Shown piece by piece: positions 28,632-37,872 of a DNA stretch of 64,000 nucleotides; the stretch's first letter is position 1, and the number at the start of each line of letters is the position of its first letter. Position numbers and translations under genes: made by a program. The stretch is from Ignavibacteriota bacterium (lineage in GTDB: Bacteria; Bacteroidota; Ignavibacteria; UBA10030; UBA6906). The stretch spans positions 1,088,001-1,152,000 of the forward strand of contig CAWDEM010000004.1 in the NCBI GenBank assembly GCA_963801355.1, written 5' to 3'. Under the pieces are notes generated by a model. That model was not told where the DNA came from and ran no database searches. It saw only the letters and a list, made by a program, of their open reading frames with translations.

Positions 28632-29141
28632 ATGAAACGCATGTGGTCACCCTGGCGGTCGCAGTACATCGCGTCGTTCAAGGACCCGCCGCGGAAAAAG
28701 AAGAGCACGCAGAGCTTTTTGACCGCCGCGCGCAAATCCCGGGATGACGACAAGCATCTCATTGTCTGGCGGGGGAAGACCTGCTTTGTGATCATGAACC
28801 GGTACCCGTACAACAGCGGGCACCTCATGGTCGTGCCCAACCGGCAGACCGCCGCACTCCAGGATTTGCGTGCTGACGAACTGTCCGAAATCATGCAGAC
28901 CGTCCAGCGTTCGATAAGGGCGCTGGACGCTGTCATGAGTCCCCAGGGGTACAATTTCGGGGCGAATCTGGGGCGTGTAAGCGGCGCCGGCGTCGACAAC
29001 CACATTCATTTTCACATTGTTCCGCGATGGAATGGCGACACCAACTTCATGCCCGTTCTTTCCGATACCAAGGTGATATCGGAGGACATGTCGAAAACCC
29101 TCAAAAAACTGCAGAAATTCTTCTATTCAGAAGAGAAGTGA
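28632..29141 (+). CDS. HIT-domain hydrolase (Ap4A phosphorylase-like)
   Basis: WSPWR, NRYPYNSGHLMV, HIHFHIVPRWNGDTNFM. Confidence 0.92.
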   Translation: MKRMWSPWRSQYIASFKDPPRKKKSTQSFLTAARKSRDDDKHLIVWRGKTCFVIMNRYPYNSGHLMVVPNRQTAALQDLRADELSEIMQTVQRSIRALDAVMSPQGYNFGANLGRVSGAGVDNHIHFHIVPRWNGDTNFMPVLSDTKVISEDMSKTLKKLQKFFYSEEK

Positions 29142-29174
29142 TTAAACGCTCCCCTTCCGGGGCTGTCTAATACC

Positions 29175-29729
29175 ATGGAGCCGTTGACCGATCTCGAGCT
29201 TGTCGAGGAGGTACGTGGCGGAAAACGTCAGGCGTTCTCGGAGCTGATGCGCCGGCACCAGGAGCGCATCTATTGGGCGGCACGCAGAATACTCGGGGAT
29301 CATGCTGACGCAGACGACGTGACGCAGGAGACATTCGTCAAGGCGTTCATGAACCTGGGGGATTTCCGTGGCGACGCAAGCTTTTTCACCTGGATTTACC
29401 GCATCGCCATCAACCTCTCTCTGAATGCCCTCCGCAAACGACACCTGATAAGCTATTTGAGGGAAAGCGAGCTGGCGAGAAAGGTCTTCCCTTCGCACGA
29501 GGACATCCACAAGGACCTGGAGGCGAAGGAAATGGAGTCGCTCGTCGCCCGCGCGGTTGCACTGCTGCCCGACAAGCAGCGTGCTGTCTTTGTGATGCGG
29601 TATTACGATGAGATGTCGTACGAAGAAATCTCCTACGTGCTCAAGACCTCCGTGGGGGGGTTGAAGGCGAATTATTTTCATGCACTCCACAAGGTGCGGG
29701 AGCATCTGAAAAATGCGATTGCGTCATGA
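29175..29729 (+). CDS. ECF sigma-70 factor
   Basis: DVTQETFVKA, FRGDASFFTWIYRIAIN, LPDKQRAVF, MSYEEI. Confidence 0.93.
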   Translation: MEPLTDLELVEEVRGGKRQAFSELMRRHQERIYWAARRILGDHADADDVTQETFVKAFMNLGDFRGDASFFTWIYRIAINLSLNALRKRHLISYLRESELARKVFPSHEDIHKDLEAKEMESLVARAVALLPDKQRAVFVMRYYDEMSYEEISYVLKTSVGGLKANYFHALHKVREHLKNAIAS

Positions 29730-30231
29730 GCGAAAATACGCGACCGATGAGGAAGAGGAAGCTCTGGAACAGTCGGTGCGGACATTGGAGGGGCCTGTCG
29801 TCGAGCCGCAGCCTCCGGCCGCCTTCTGGTCCCGGCAGCGCGTTGATATCAACCGCCGGATCGATGAATCGACCAGCGGTGTCGCGTTGTCGCTGAGCTG
29901 GGCGGCGCGTGTGGCTATTCCCGGCGTTGTGGCTGTCCTCTCGTTCCTTATCGGCCTGAAATACTACGCTCCCCAGCAGCACGACGTGGAATCGCTGCGG
30001 GAGGCCACCGCGGGGCTGACGACTGCGACAGTCGAATCATTGTACGTTGCATCCATGGCGGCCCCTGACACAGCACTGTTCAACGACGTCCACGGAAGCC
30101 TCGTGACCTATGCGCGTGATCAGGCGGAGGAGTTCTACGTGGAGAACGTCGGAACGACCACACTGGTTGAAGGTCTGTCCGACCAGGAGTTGCATCAGGT
30201 GCTGGCTGCTTTGAGTTCTGTGGAGAAATAG
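29713..30231 (+). CDS. putative membrane anti-sigma factor
   Basis: Overlaps the ECF gene; PPAAFW motif, single TM, periplasmic tail. Confidence 0.6.
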   Translation: MRLRHERKYATDEEEEALEQSVRTLEGPVVEPQPPAAFWSRQRVDINRRIDESTSGVALSLSWAARVAIPGVVAVLSFLIGLKYYAPQQHDVESLREATAGLTTATVESLYVASMAAPDTALFNDVHGSLVTYARDQAEEFYVENVGTTTLVEGLSDQELHQVLAALSSVEK

Positions 30232-30244
30232 TCGAGGAAAAACT

Positions 30245-30742
30245 ATGCGCATGTTGCGAATACTTACTGTGGCGTCTTTGCTCTTGTTTCCGGTGATGGC
30301 AATGGCGCAGCCGCCGGGGCCGGGCTCCGGGCAGAACAGGCACTCGTTCGAGCGCATCCAGCAGCTCATGAAGATCCGCATGGTCGAAACGCTCGATCTG
30401 AACGAAGAGCAATCGGTGCGTTTCATCGCTCGGTTCAACGAGCATGAAAAGAACCGGCGGGAATTGATGAAGCTCAAGAATGATGCGCTGGACAGGATTG
30501 ACAAGCTGATATCGGAATCGGCCGACGAGAGGGAAATCGAGAAGGCATTCCCCGACGTCCTGGCGATCGATGTAAGAATGATGGAGGAGCGGGCAAAATT
30601 CCATGAGGGCCTGTCGGACATTCTTACGATCCGGCAGAGGGCCAGACTCCTGCTGTTCGATCGGAAGTTTGAGCGCGAACTCAGAGATGCCGTTCGGGAG
30701 ACACAGCGCCGACGGATGAAAGGTGAGGAGATACGTCCTTAG
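30245..30742 (+). CDS. exported Spy/CpxP-like helical protein
   Basis: Signal peptide, LDLNEEQ and ILTIRQ (LTxxQ-like) repeats. Confidence 0.65.
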   Translation: MRMLRILTVASLLLFPVMAMAQPPGPGSGQNRHSFERIQQLMKIRMVETLDLNEEQSVRFIARFNEHEKNRRELMKLKNDALDRIDKLISESADEREIEKAFPDVLAIDVRMMEERAKFHEGLSDILTIRQRARLLLFDRKFERELRDAVRETQRRRMKGEEIRP

Positions 30743-30920
30743 GCGGTCGATTCCCAAAATTGGATTCCGTTTTCCCATTTGTGGCAAATCTGACCACCTG
30801 AGTGTTGATATAATCAACAATTGGGTGGTTCTTTCATGTTTCACCCTAAAGAAAACCGCATTTTTGAGTCGAATTACGAGGTTCGTTCTTTTGCGGGACT
30901 AGGCCTTCGCACACGTCTGT

Positions 30921-30935
30921 TGGCACAACAGTTGA
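30921..30935 (+). promoter_or_regulatory. sigma54-type -24/-12 promoter
   Basis: TGGCAC-AACAG-TTGA upstream of the multiheme cytochrome. Confidence 0.7.
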
Positions 30936-31158
30936 AACCCTAGTTGTGCTGATGCCGTACAGCCGTTCCTCCGTTCTTGCCGTTAGCTCTTACGTCCTTC
31001 GTTTCGAATTTGCCGAGAAAACCCTTTCCAGGCAATATCGGGTGCGGCTCCACATCGCTGGACGCCAGGGGGACAGATGGAGGCGGAAAGTGGGTATCGT
31101 CTGAGCGATGGAGCTGGGTTTTCTCAATCACCATTAACAAAAATAGAAAGGTAACACC

Positions 31159-33339
31159 ATGCCGCGTTTCTGTACTGTAGTTGGCGTGTTGCTGATCGCC
31201 GCGCTGCTGATTTCACCAATGTTCGATGCTTCGGCGGCGATCACGGTGAAGAAGACTGCACGGTCTTGGAATGAATTGGCTGGAACGACGACATCCAAGG
31301 GTCCGTGGAACATTCAAAACGGGCTGCGGGCAGTTGGTGTCGGAAGCCGTTCGTACTTCATTGCAGACACAACAGGTTCGGGTGCAGTCGGAACACCAAG
31401 TTGGACCATCACTGCGAAGCCGGCCGGGTCAACCCTTGCGGCTCTCGATAGTGCTAATGGAAAGTGGATCAACAGTATCAGACCGGACGTCGTTGGCCTG
31501 TATGCTGTCAGCGCGACTGTCGGCGGACAGACTGCAAGCGACACGATTTTTGCCAGCACGTACACCGGCGTTGGTGCCGATGCGAGCGCAGGCTGCTTCT
31601 GCCACGCTGCCCCTCTGCCCTCGACCCCGTCGACCGCAGCGGCGATCAAGACCGCGTGGTCGACTTCTGCGCATGCCACGGTGTTCAAGGAAGGAATCAC
31701 CGGTATGCTCGAAGTCGAGCGGGGCAAAGGTGCCTATGGCGCCAGTTGCATCAAGTGCCACACAACCGGATGGGATACCACTGCCACGAACGGCAACTTT
31801 GGCGTGCTGGTCAAAGCAACCGGTTGGGATACGACCTGGTACAAGGGCCTGGAGTTCCTTGGTGGTGATTACTGGACCACGACGGGCGATTCGACAAATT
31901 GGGTCTCGCTCACCAGCAATCAGAAGTCGCTGGCGACAATCGGCTGCGAGCAATGCCACGGTCCGGCTGCAGACCACAAAGCAGGCGGCGACAAGACGAA
32001 GATTGGCAGGACACTCGACCCCGGCGTCTGCAACCAGTGCCACGATGGATCGAGCAAACACAGCATCGGGAGCTATTTCCGGACCTCCCTGCATGCGAGC
32101 GGCACAGCTTGGGAACCGGCCGAGGGTGGCCGTGCAAGCTGCCAGCCCTGCCACACCGGCAAAGGCTTCATCTATTACATAGACCACAACAAGGATATCT
32201 CGGGTCTTGCAGCAGTGTGGAATGCAACGACCGATGCCGGCCCGATCACGTGCGTTGCATGCCATGATCCTCATGGAAACTCGAACCCCGGGATGATCCG
32301 GACGATGAGCCTGAATGGTGACAGTCTGATCAACGGTTACATTCTTCCGGCTGCTCAGCGCTCCAAGACCGGAAACCTCTGCGGAAACTGCCACCACGCA
32401 CGCTACGATGTACGGGCGCGTGTCAACGCCGCAAAGCCTCCGTACTACGGGTTTGCCAGCCGCTTCGGCCCGCACGAGAGCGGCCAGATGGATATGCTCC
32501 AGGGTACCAGTGGCTACCAGTACGGCGACGAGAACCTCACCGGCATCGGCACGCACCTGGGTCTGGAAGGCGGCTGCACGACATGCCACATGGCGGAGCG
32601 TCCAGCTCACGATCCGAGCGTGACGACGGTGAAGAACAACCTTAACCACTCCTTCATGTTTGACACAACGAGAGCAGCGTCCACCGGTTACAAGCCGACA
32701 GCTGTGTGCGCCGGCTGCCATGGTGAGATCGAAGAATTCAACGACATTAAAGCAGGCTACGACTACGATCGCAACGGCAAGATCGAAGGCGTGCAGACCG
32801 AAGTCCAGGGAATGCTTGACAAGTTGAAGGCAATCCTGCCGAAAGACTCAACAGGTGAGGTGATCGGTTCAGGTACGCTGAAGGCCAGCGATTCCGCGGC
32901 CGTCAACGGCAAGCTCAATCTCGTTGCCGGTATCTGGAACTACCGCGTTGTGATGAATGACGGGAGCTTGGGCATCCACAACACGAAGTACGCGGTCGGC
33001 ATCCTCTACAAGAGCCTTGGCTGGACCCCGCTGTCGGTGAGGCAACTCGCCGGGCTGCCCACGGAATTCGGGCTGGATCAGAACTATCCGAATCCGTTCA
33101 ACCCGTCGACCACAATCCGATTCTCCCTGCCGCAAGAGAGCCAGGTCACGTTGGTGGTGTACGACATGACCGGTGCTGTCGTGAAGACCATTCTGAACGA
33201 CGCCCTCAGTGCAGGCAACAAGGAAGCGACGTGGGACGGCACCAACAGCAACGGTGCGAAGGTTGCCACCGGTATGTACATCTACCGTCTGGACGCCGGC
33301 AACTTCTCCTCAACAAAGAAGATGCTGTTGCTGAAGTAA
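31159..33339 (+). CDS. secreted multiheme cytochrome c with T9SS type-A C-terminal sorting domain
   Basis: Signal peptide; CIKCH, CEQCH, CNQCH, CQPCH, CVACH, CGNCH, CTTCH, CAGCH plus CFCH; NDGSLGIHN; LDQNYPNPFNPSTTI...GMYIYRL...KKMLLLK. Confidence 0.92.
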   Translation: MPRFCTVVGVLLIAALLISPMFDASAAITVKKTARSWNELAGTTTSKGPWNIQNGLRAVGVGSRSYFIADTTGSGAVGTPSWTITAKPAGSTLAALDSANGKWINSIRPDVVGLYAVSATVGGQTASDTIFASTYTGVGADASAGCFCHAAPLPSTPSTAAAIKTAWSTSAHATVFKEGITGMLEVERGKGAYGASCIKCHTTGWDTTATNGNFGVLVKATGWDTTWYKGLEFLGGDYWTTTGDSTNWVSLTSNQKSLATIGCEQCHGPAADHKAGGDKTKIGRTLDPGVCNQCHDGSSKHSIGSYFRTSLHASGTAWEPAEGGRASCQPCHTGKGFIYYIDHNKDISGLAAVWNATTDAGPITCVACHDPHGNSNPGMIRTMSLNGDSLINGYILPAAQRSKTGNLCGNCHHARYDVRARVNAAKPPYYGFASRFGPHESGQMDMLQGTSGYQYGDENLTGIGTHLGLEGGCTTCHMAERPAHDPSVTTVKNNLNHSFMFDTTRAASTGYKPTAVCAGCHGEIEEFNDIKAGYDYDRNGKIEGVQTEVQGMLDKLKAILPKDSTGEVIGSGTLKASDSAAVNGKLNLVAGIWNYRVVMNDGSLGIHNTKYAVGILYKSLGWTPLSVRQLAGLPTEFGLDQNYPNPFNPSTTIRFSLPQESQVTLVVYDMTGAVVKTILNDALSAGNKEATWDGTNSNGAKVATGMYIYRLDAGNFSSTKKMLLLK

Positions 33340-33383
33340 CGGTTCCACGCTGATACCGGCTCACCGGGATCAGGACGAAGTCC

Positions 33384-33420
33384 GAAGGCAGGCGGCGATA
33401 TGCAGCCTGCCTTCTTTTTT
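33384..33420 (+). terminator. intrinsic terminator
   Basis: GAAGGCAGGC...GCCTGCCTTC followed by TTTTTT. Confidence 0.85.
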
Positions 33421-33495
33421 GCCCGGGTGGCATAGAGGCAGAGAATTCCGCACATTGCATCCCCCAGGGGGAGAGTCGTGGGTTGCTCATCTGTC

Positions 33496-35667
33496 ATGAG
33501 GTTCGTGAAACAGACCGCTCGACATAGGATTGCACTCTTGTGTGCCGCTGTTGCATCCGGCTTCCTGCTGAGCGCGATGGCACCGGCAGGTGACCCCCAG
33601 GCCCAGTGCGGCCTGCATGTCAGTCCCCAGCGCATCCGGTCCCAGGATGAAATCGGAGGCAAACACATGACGGCGCGGGGGACTCTCCGCATCCTCATCG
33701 TATTTGCCAGCTTCCCCGATGACGAGACGCCGCATCCCAACTGGCCCGCCCATCAACCGCCCCTCTTCATGCACAAATTCATCGATCCCGACACACTGAC
33801 GCGTTCGACTGAGCCGTTTAACCTCACGCACTATTTCCGCGAGATGTCCCTGGGGCAATATGCCCTTATCGGCGACGTGCTCTGGGTTGAGTCGGCCCGC
33901 TCCGGGTCTGAATACGCCAATGGCTCATATGGACGCGCGAATACCGATATCATTCAGGAGCGGCTCGATTCACTCATTGATTTTTCAGCGTATGATCAGT
34001 GGACGCGGGTGGCGGATTACACGAACGTCAATGTTCCTGACGGTGTTGTCGATATGATTGTCATGATCTGGCGGACAACACTGTTCGGGTATCTGGGCGA
34101 GGCATCTCTGGGGTACAAAGCGGCCATACCGGTGGACGGGAAGCGGATCGAGATGGGATTTCCCGAGAGCTTTGTCGTTTCACAGGGCTCGGGCGTGACA
34201 TGCGAATATCCCTACGGCGATTCACCCGGCCGGGCAATGCAGACTATGGCACATGAGCTCGGCCACTGGCTCCTGGGCGGCCTTCATCCCTACAGCACTC
34301 AACTTGCCGGAAAACATCAATACTGGGGAATCCTCTGTGCAGGTGAACGACTCTCGTCCTGTATGAATGCCTACGAACGGGAACGGCTGGGCTGGATCAA
34401 CATTCCTGAAATCGAGTCCGACCTCGATCTCTCTCTCTCTGACTATGTGCGGACCGGCGCAGCCCTCAAATATCATCCTGCGAACGGAGACCCACTCGAA
34501 TTCTTCTATATCGAAAACCATCAGCGGCTTTCGATTTTCGACGACGTGACGCTCAATCCCGGTGACACGGGGATCTGGATTCTCCACCAGCAGCATCCGT
34601 ATCTGGACCTGGACAATCTGCGTATCAAGCCATCGGATGGCAACTGGGCGTGGGAGCAGGTTGGCACCAATGCTGCATGCTTCGGCCAGGAAGTGCCGGT
34701 ATTCAGCCGCGGGAATCCCCGGGTCGTTACCGGCGAATCTCACCGCGATCAAATCCCCACGCAATCCAGCGCCGTCAACTGGATGTACGCGTTCAAAGGA
34801 GACACCGGGCCCGTCCGGTGCGGGGTTTTCCTCGGCGGAGAATCATTCTCGGGAGCCTATGACACGTCATCCATCACACTGTTTTCACCGTACAGCAATC
34901 CCAACAGCAACAACTGGAACGGTCAACCTACGACATTCTCACTCGAAGTTCTGAGAATTATCGACCGCGTGGCAGTTGTCCGCTCTTCGTCAGATCCCCT
35001 TGCTGCTCCTCCGGCACGGAGGTATATCGGCATGGATCCGTCGTACACCGATACCCTGCCCGGTGTTCTCCCCCTTGCCTGGGGAGCAGAGTGGAGTGAC
35101 GGGCAGCCGCTGGAGTCCGATGTTGCATCCTCGACATTGCAGCGAAAGATGGGAGACGACAGCTGGGAAACTGTCTATCAGGGGCCGGCCACGCGATGGA
35201 TCGACAAGAATATCCACTACGACTCAGCAGGTTCCCGCACGGTTGCGTTCCGTGTGAGGGTGCACGACAGCGGGGGGAAGCTGTCGATGTGGTCAAACGT
35301 TCTGCTTGCGCGCGCCTACGGTTTCTCAGATGTCTCAGTGCGTGAGCGTGAGACACCGTCTCCGGTGCGGCTGGAGAACTGTTATCCCAACCCCTGCAAC
35401 CCGGCGACGACCATACAGTTTTCGATTGTGGATCCACAATTCACGACTCTTCGCGTGTATGATCTGCTGGGGCGGGAAGTGGCCATGCTTGTGAATGAGC
35501 CGAAAGAGGCAGGGCAACACGCTGTGCGCTTTGACGTTTCGGGTCTGGCAAGCGGAGTCTATTGCTACCGATTGCAGGTCCGCCCACTGGACTCCGCGCC
35601 CGGCCGTGACGCAAAAAGCGGGGCGGGCAGCCGCGTGGAATCGAAGAGACTCATCGTCTTGCGGTAA
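33496..35667 (+). CDS. secreted zinc metalloprotease (M6/immune-inhibitor-A-like) with T9SS C-terminal domain
   Basis: ILIVFASFPD, YFREMSLG, DGVVDMI, AHELGH, FYIENHQ; tail YPNPCNP...GVYCYRL...KRLIVLR; start uncertain. Confidence 0.8.
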   Translation: MRFVKQTARHRIALLCAAVASGFLLSAMAPAGDPQAQCGLHVSPQRIRSQDEIGGKHMTARGTLRILIVFASFPDDETPHPNWPAHQPPLFMHKFIDPDTLTRSTEPFNLTHYFREMSLGQYALIGDVLWVESARSGSEYANGSYGRANTDIIQERLDSLIDFSAYDQWTRVADYTNVNVPDGVVDMIVMIWRTTLFGYLGEASLGYKAAIPVDGKRIEMGFPESFVVSQGSGVTCEYPYGDSPGRAMQTMAHELGHWLLGGLHPYSTQLAGKHQYWGILCAGERLSSCMNAYERERLGWINIPEIESDLDLSLSDYVRTGAALKYHPANGDPLEFFYIENHQRLSIFDDVTLNPGDTGIWILHQQHPYLDLDNLRIKPSDGNWAWEQVGTNAACFGQEVPVFSRGNPRVVTGESHRDQIPTQSSAVNWMYAFKGDTGPVRCGVFLGGESFSGAYDTSSITLFSPYSNPNSNNWNGQPTTFSLEVLRIIDRVAVVRSSSDPLAAPPARRYIGMDPSYTDTLPGVLPLAWGAEWSDGQPLESDVASSTLQRKMGDDSWETVYQGPATRWIDKNIHYDSAGSRTVAFRVRVHDSGGKLSMWSNVLLARAYGFSDVSVRERETPSPVRLENCYPNPCNPATTIQFSIVDPQFTTLRVYDLLGREVAMLVNEPKEAGQHAVRFDVSGLASGVYCYRLQVRPLDSAPGRDAKSGAGSRVESKRLIVLR

Positions 35668-35671
35668 GAGC

Positions 35672-35699
35672 AATCGAAGATCGAGGATTGAGGATCGAA
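35672..35699. repeat. 7-mer tandem repeat (GATCGAR x4)
   Basis: aatcgaa gatcgag gattgag gatcgaa just after the stop codon. Confidence 0.65.
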
Positions 35700-35762
35700 G
35701 TGCCCTCATTCATTGAGTAATCAGCAAGGCTCAATCTACCATCTCCCATCAGGACGTCCACT

Positions 35763-36920
35763 ATGGACATGATCTATTGTGACTATGCGGCCACGACCCC
35801 GGTCGATCCGCGGGTGCGTGAGGCGATGGAACCCTATTTTGGCCGGATATTTGGGAATGCGTCATCGATCCATGCTGCGGGCCGGGAAGCAAAGGCCGCG
35901 CTCGAGGTGGCCCGGGCGACCATCGCACGCTGTATCGGCGCGCAGCCGGGAGAAGTGGTATTCACGAGCGGGGGGACGGAGTCTGACAACGCGGCGATTG
36001 CAGGCACTCTCCGCGCCGCGCCGGCCGGCGGCCGCCGGGGTATTGTGACTGCCGCGGCGGAGCACCACGCTGTACTCTCCCCGTGCGAAGAGATCGGTCG
36101 AACCGGCTATCCCGTGACTATCCTTCCGGTCGACCGTCACGGCATTGTCGAGCGTGACGCCCTGCATGCAGCGCTCAAGAATAGTCCACTGCTGATTTCC
36201 CTTATGTACGGGAACAATGAGGTGGGTGCACTCACGCCACTCCGCGAAATTACCGGTCCTGTACACGAGGCGGGAGCGTTGCTTCATTCAGACGCCGTTC
36301 AGTGTCTGGGGAAAGTCCCCGTGGATGTCAATGGGCTCGGAGTCGATTTCATGAGTCTCACAGCACACAAAGTGTATGGCCCCAAGGGCATCGGTGCGCT
36401 CTACATACGGAGCGGCACTCCCTGGAGCCCGGTCATGTTTGGCGGCGGGCAGGAACGGGGCAGGCGACCCGGCACGGAGAATGTTGCGCTGGCTGTCGGT
36501 TTTGCCAGGGCGGCGGAATTGGCGGTGGAATCCATGGCCGGGGAGGCTCTCCGGCTGTCTGCAATGAGAGATGCATTGGAGCAGAGAGTGAGAGACGAAT
36601 TCCCCGAAGTCAGTGTGAACTCCACGGCCTCCGAGCGACTTCCCACCATTTTGAATTTCTCGTTCGACAGTACACGCTTGCCGATGGAAGGGGAGATGCT
36701 GGTCGTGAATCTCGATCTCGCTGGAATCGCCGCCTCGAGCGGCTCGGCCTGCACTTCAGGCAGCATCCGGCCATCCCATGTCCTCCTGGCGATGGGAAGA
36801 TCTCCCGCGACTGCGGCAGCGGCGGTCCGGTTTTCGTTCGGGAGGATGAGCAGTCCGGAGGATGGCGAGAGGGCGTTGGCCGTGCTCAAAGAAATCGTAC
36901 AGCGGGTGAGAACAGGTTGA
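35763..36920 (+). CDS. cysteine desulfurase (IscS/NifS family)
   Basis: DYAATTP, GNASS.H, FTSGGTESDN, NNEVG, AHKVYGPKG, SSGSACTS, RFSFG. Confidence 0.93.
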   Translation: MDMIYCDYAATTPVDPRVREAMEPYFGRIFGNASSIHAAGREAKAALEVARATIARCIGAQPGEVVFTSGGTESDNAAIAGTLRAAPAGGRRGIVTAAAEHHAVLSPCEEIGRTGYPVTILPVDRHGIVERDALHAALKNSPLLISLMYGNNEVGALTPLREITGPVHEAGALLHSDAVQCLGKVPVDVNGLGVDFMSLTAHKVYGPKGIGALYIRSGTPWSPVMFGGGQERGRRPGTENVALAVGFARAAELAVESMAGEALRLSAMRDALEQRVRDEFPEVSVNSTASERLPTILNFSFDSTRLPMEGEMLVVNLDLAGIAASSGSACTSGSIRPSHVLLAMGRSPATAAAAVRFSFGRMSSPEDGERALAVLKEIVQRVRTG

Positions 36921-36983
36921 AGGGGGTCGACAAGTCCGCATTGCACCTCCTGCACGGGCCGGGCAGGGGCACACTCGTGATCC

Positions 36984-37841
36984 CTACATTGATTGCAGCA
37001 CCAGGGCTATCCATTCGTGCTCGGCGGCTCGTGAAAGGATGCGGCCGCCGGCTACAGATAAGGATCGGGCGATTTCTTCCTCATCCTCACGGAGCAATCC
37101 GGAGAGGATCAGATGTCCTGATGGACTCAGGCGCCGGATCATGCGGGGCATGAGCGGGACAAGCACGGTGCGCTGGATGTTCGCGACGATCAGATCGAAT
37201 TGCCCGGCCGGGAGTTCCGCCAGCGTCGCCTGCATGAAGGTGAACCGGTCGGCGACGCCGTTGACCCGCGCATTCTCCCTCGCATTTACTGCCGACCACT
37301 CGTCTATATCAAGGCCCACGGCTGATGCAGCCCCGAGCTTGAGCGCCGCTATGGCCAGTATCCCGGTGCCGGTGCCAATATCAAGCACCCGATCGCCCGG
37401 GTGCACCGTGTCCTCCAGGAGGCGGAGGACAAGACGCGTTGTCTCGTGAAATCCCGTACCGAACGACATCTTTGGGTCAATCGTCAGTACGAGGTCCCGG
37501 GGGCTTGCGCCGGATGAGTGCCATGAGGGGGCGATCACAAGATGCCGGCCGACCCGGATCGGCCGGATGGTTTTCTCCCATTCGGCGTTCCAATCGGTGT
37601 TCTCGATTGGAGTTACAGTGACGGTGGGGAGAGGAGTACCGGCCGCGTTGTGGAGGAGCTCTACTACCCCGTTGATATCTGCCAGCAGGGATGGAGACCA
37701 GTGCTCCGTTCCGATGTAGGACTTCAAGATCGTGCCGTCTTCCCAGAACCCTTCAAAGCCGATCTGTCCCAGCAATGCGGCGAGACGGTCAAAGAGTTCC
37801 ACATCGGCGTGAATGGCTATTTCGAAATAACCGGGGGGCAT
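36984..37841 (-). CDS. prmA: ribosomal protein L11 methyltransferase
   Basis: DWNAEW, IDPKMSFGTGFHETT, VLDIGTGTGILAI, VANI, LSGLL. Confidence 0.94.
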   Translation of the reverse strand: MPPGYFEIAIHADVELFDRLAALLGQIGFEGFWEDGTILKSYIGTEHWSPSLLADINGVVELLHNAAGTPLPTVTVTPIENTDWNAEWEKTIRPIRVGRHLVIAPSWHSSGASPRDLVLTIDPKMSFGTGFHETTRLVLRLLEDTVHPGDRVLDIGTGTGILAIAALKLGAASAVGLDIDEWSAVNARENARVNGVADRFTFMQATLAELPAGQFDLIVANIQRTVLVPLMPRMIRRLSPSGHLILSGLLREDEEEIARSLSVAGGRILSRAAEHEWIALVLQSM

Positions 37842-37872
37842 TGGCCACAGTCCGGGAGGTGCGCCGCAGTTT

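Noticed and set aside
30805-30817. FNR/CRP box
   Set aside because: Spacing is TTGAT-N3-ATCAA, not N4; kept only as a generic palindrome
31159-33339. NrfA-type nitrite reductase
   Set aside because: No CxxCK catalytic heme motif, and the protein carries a T9SS tail
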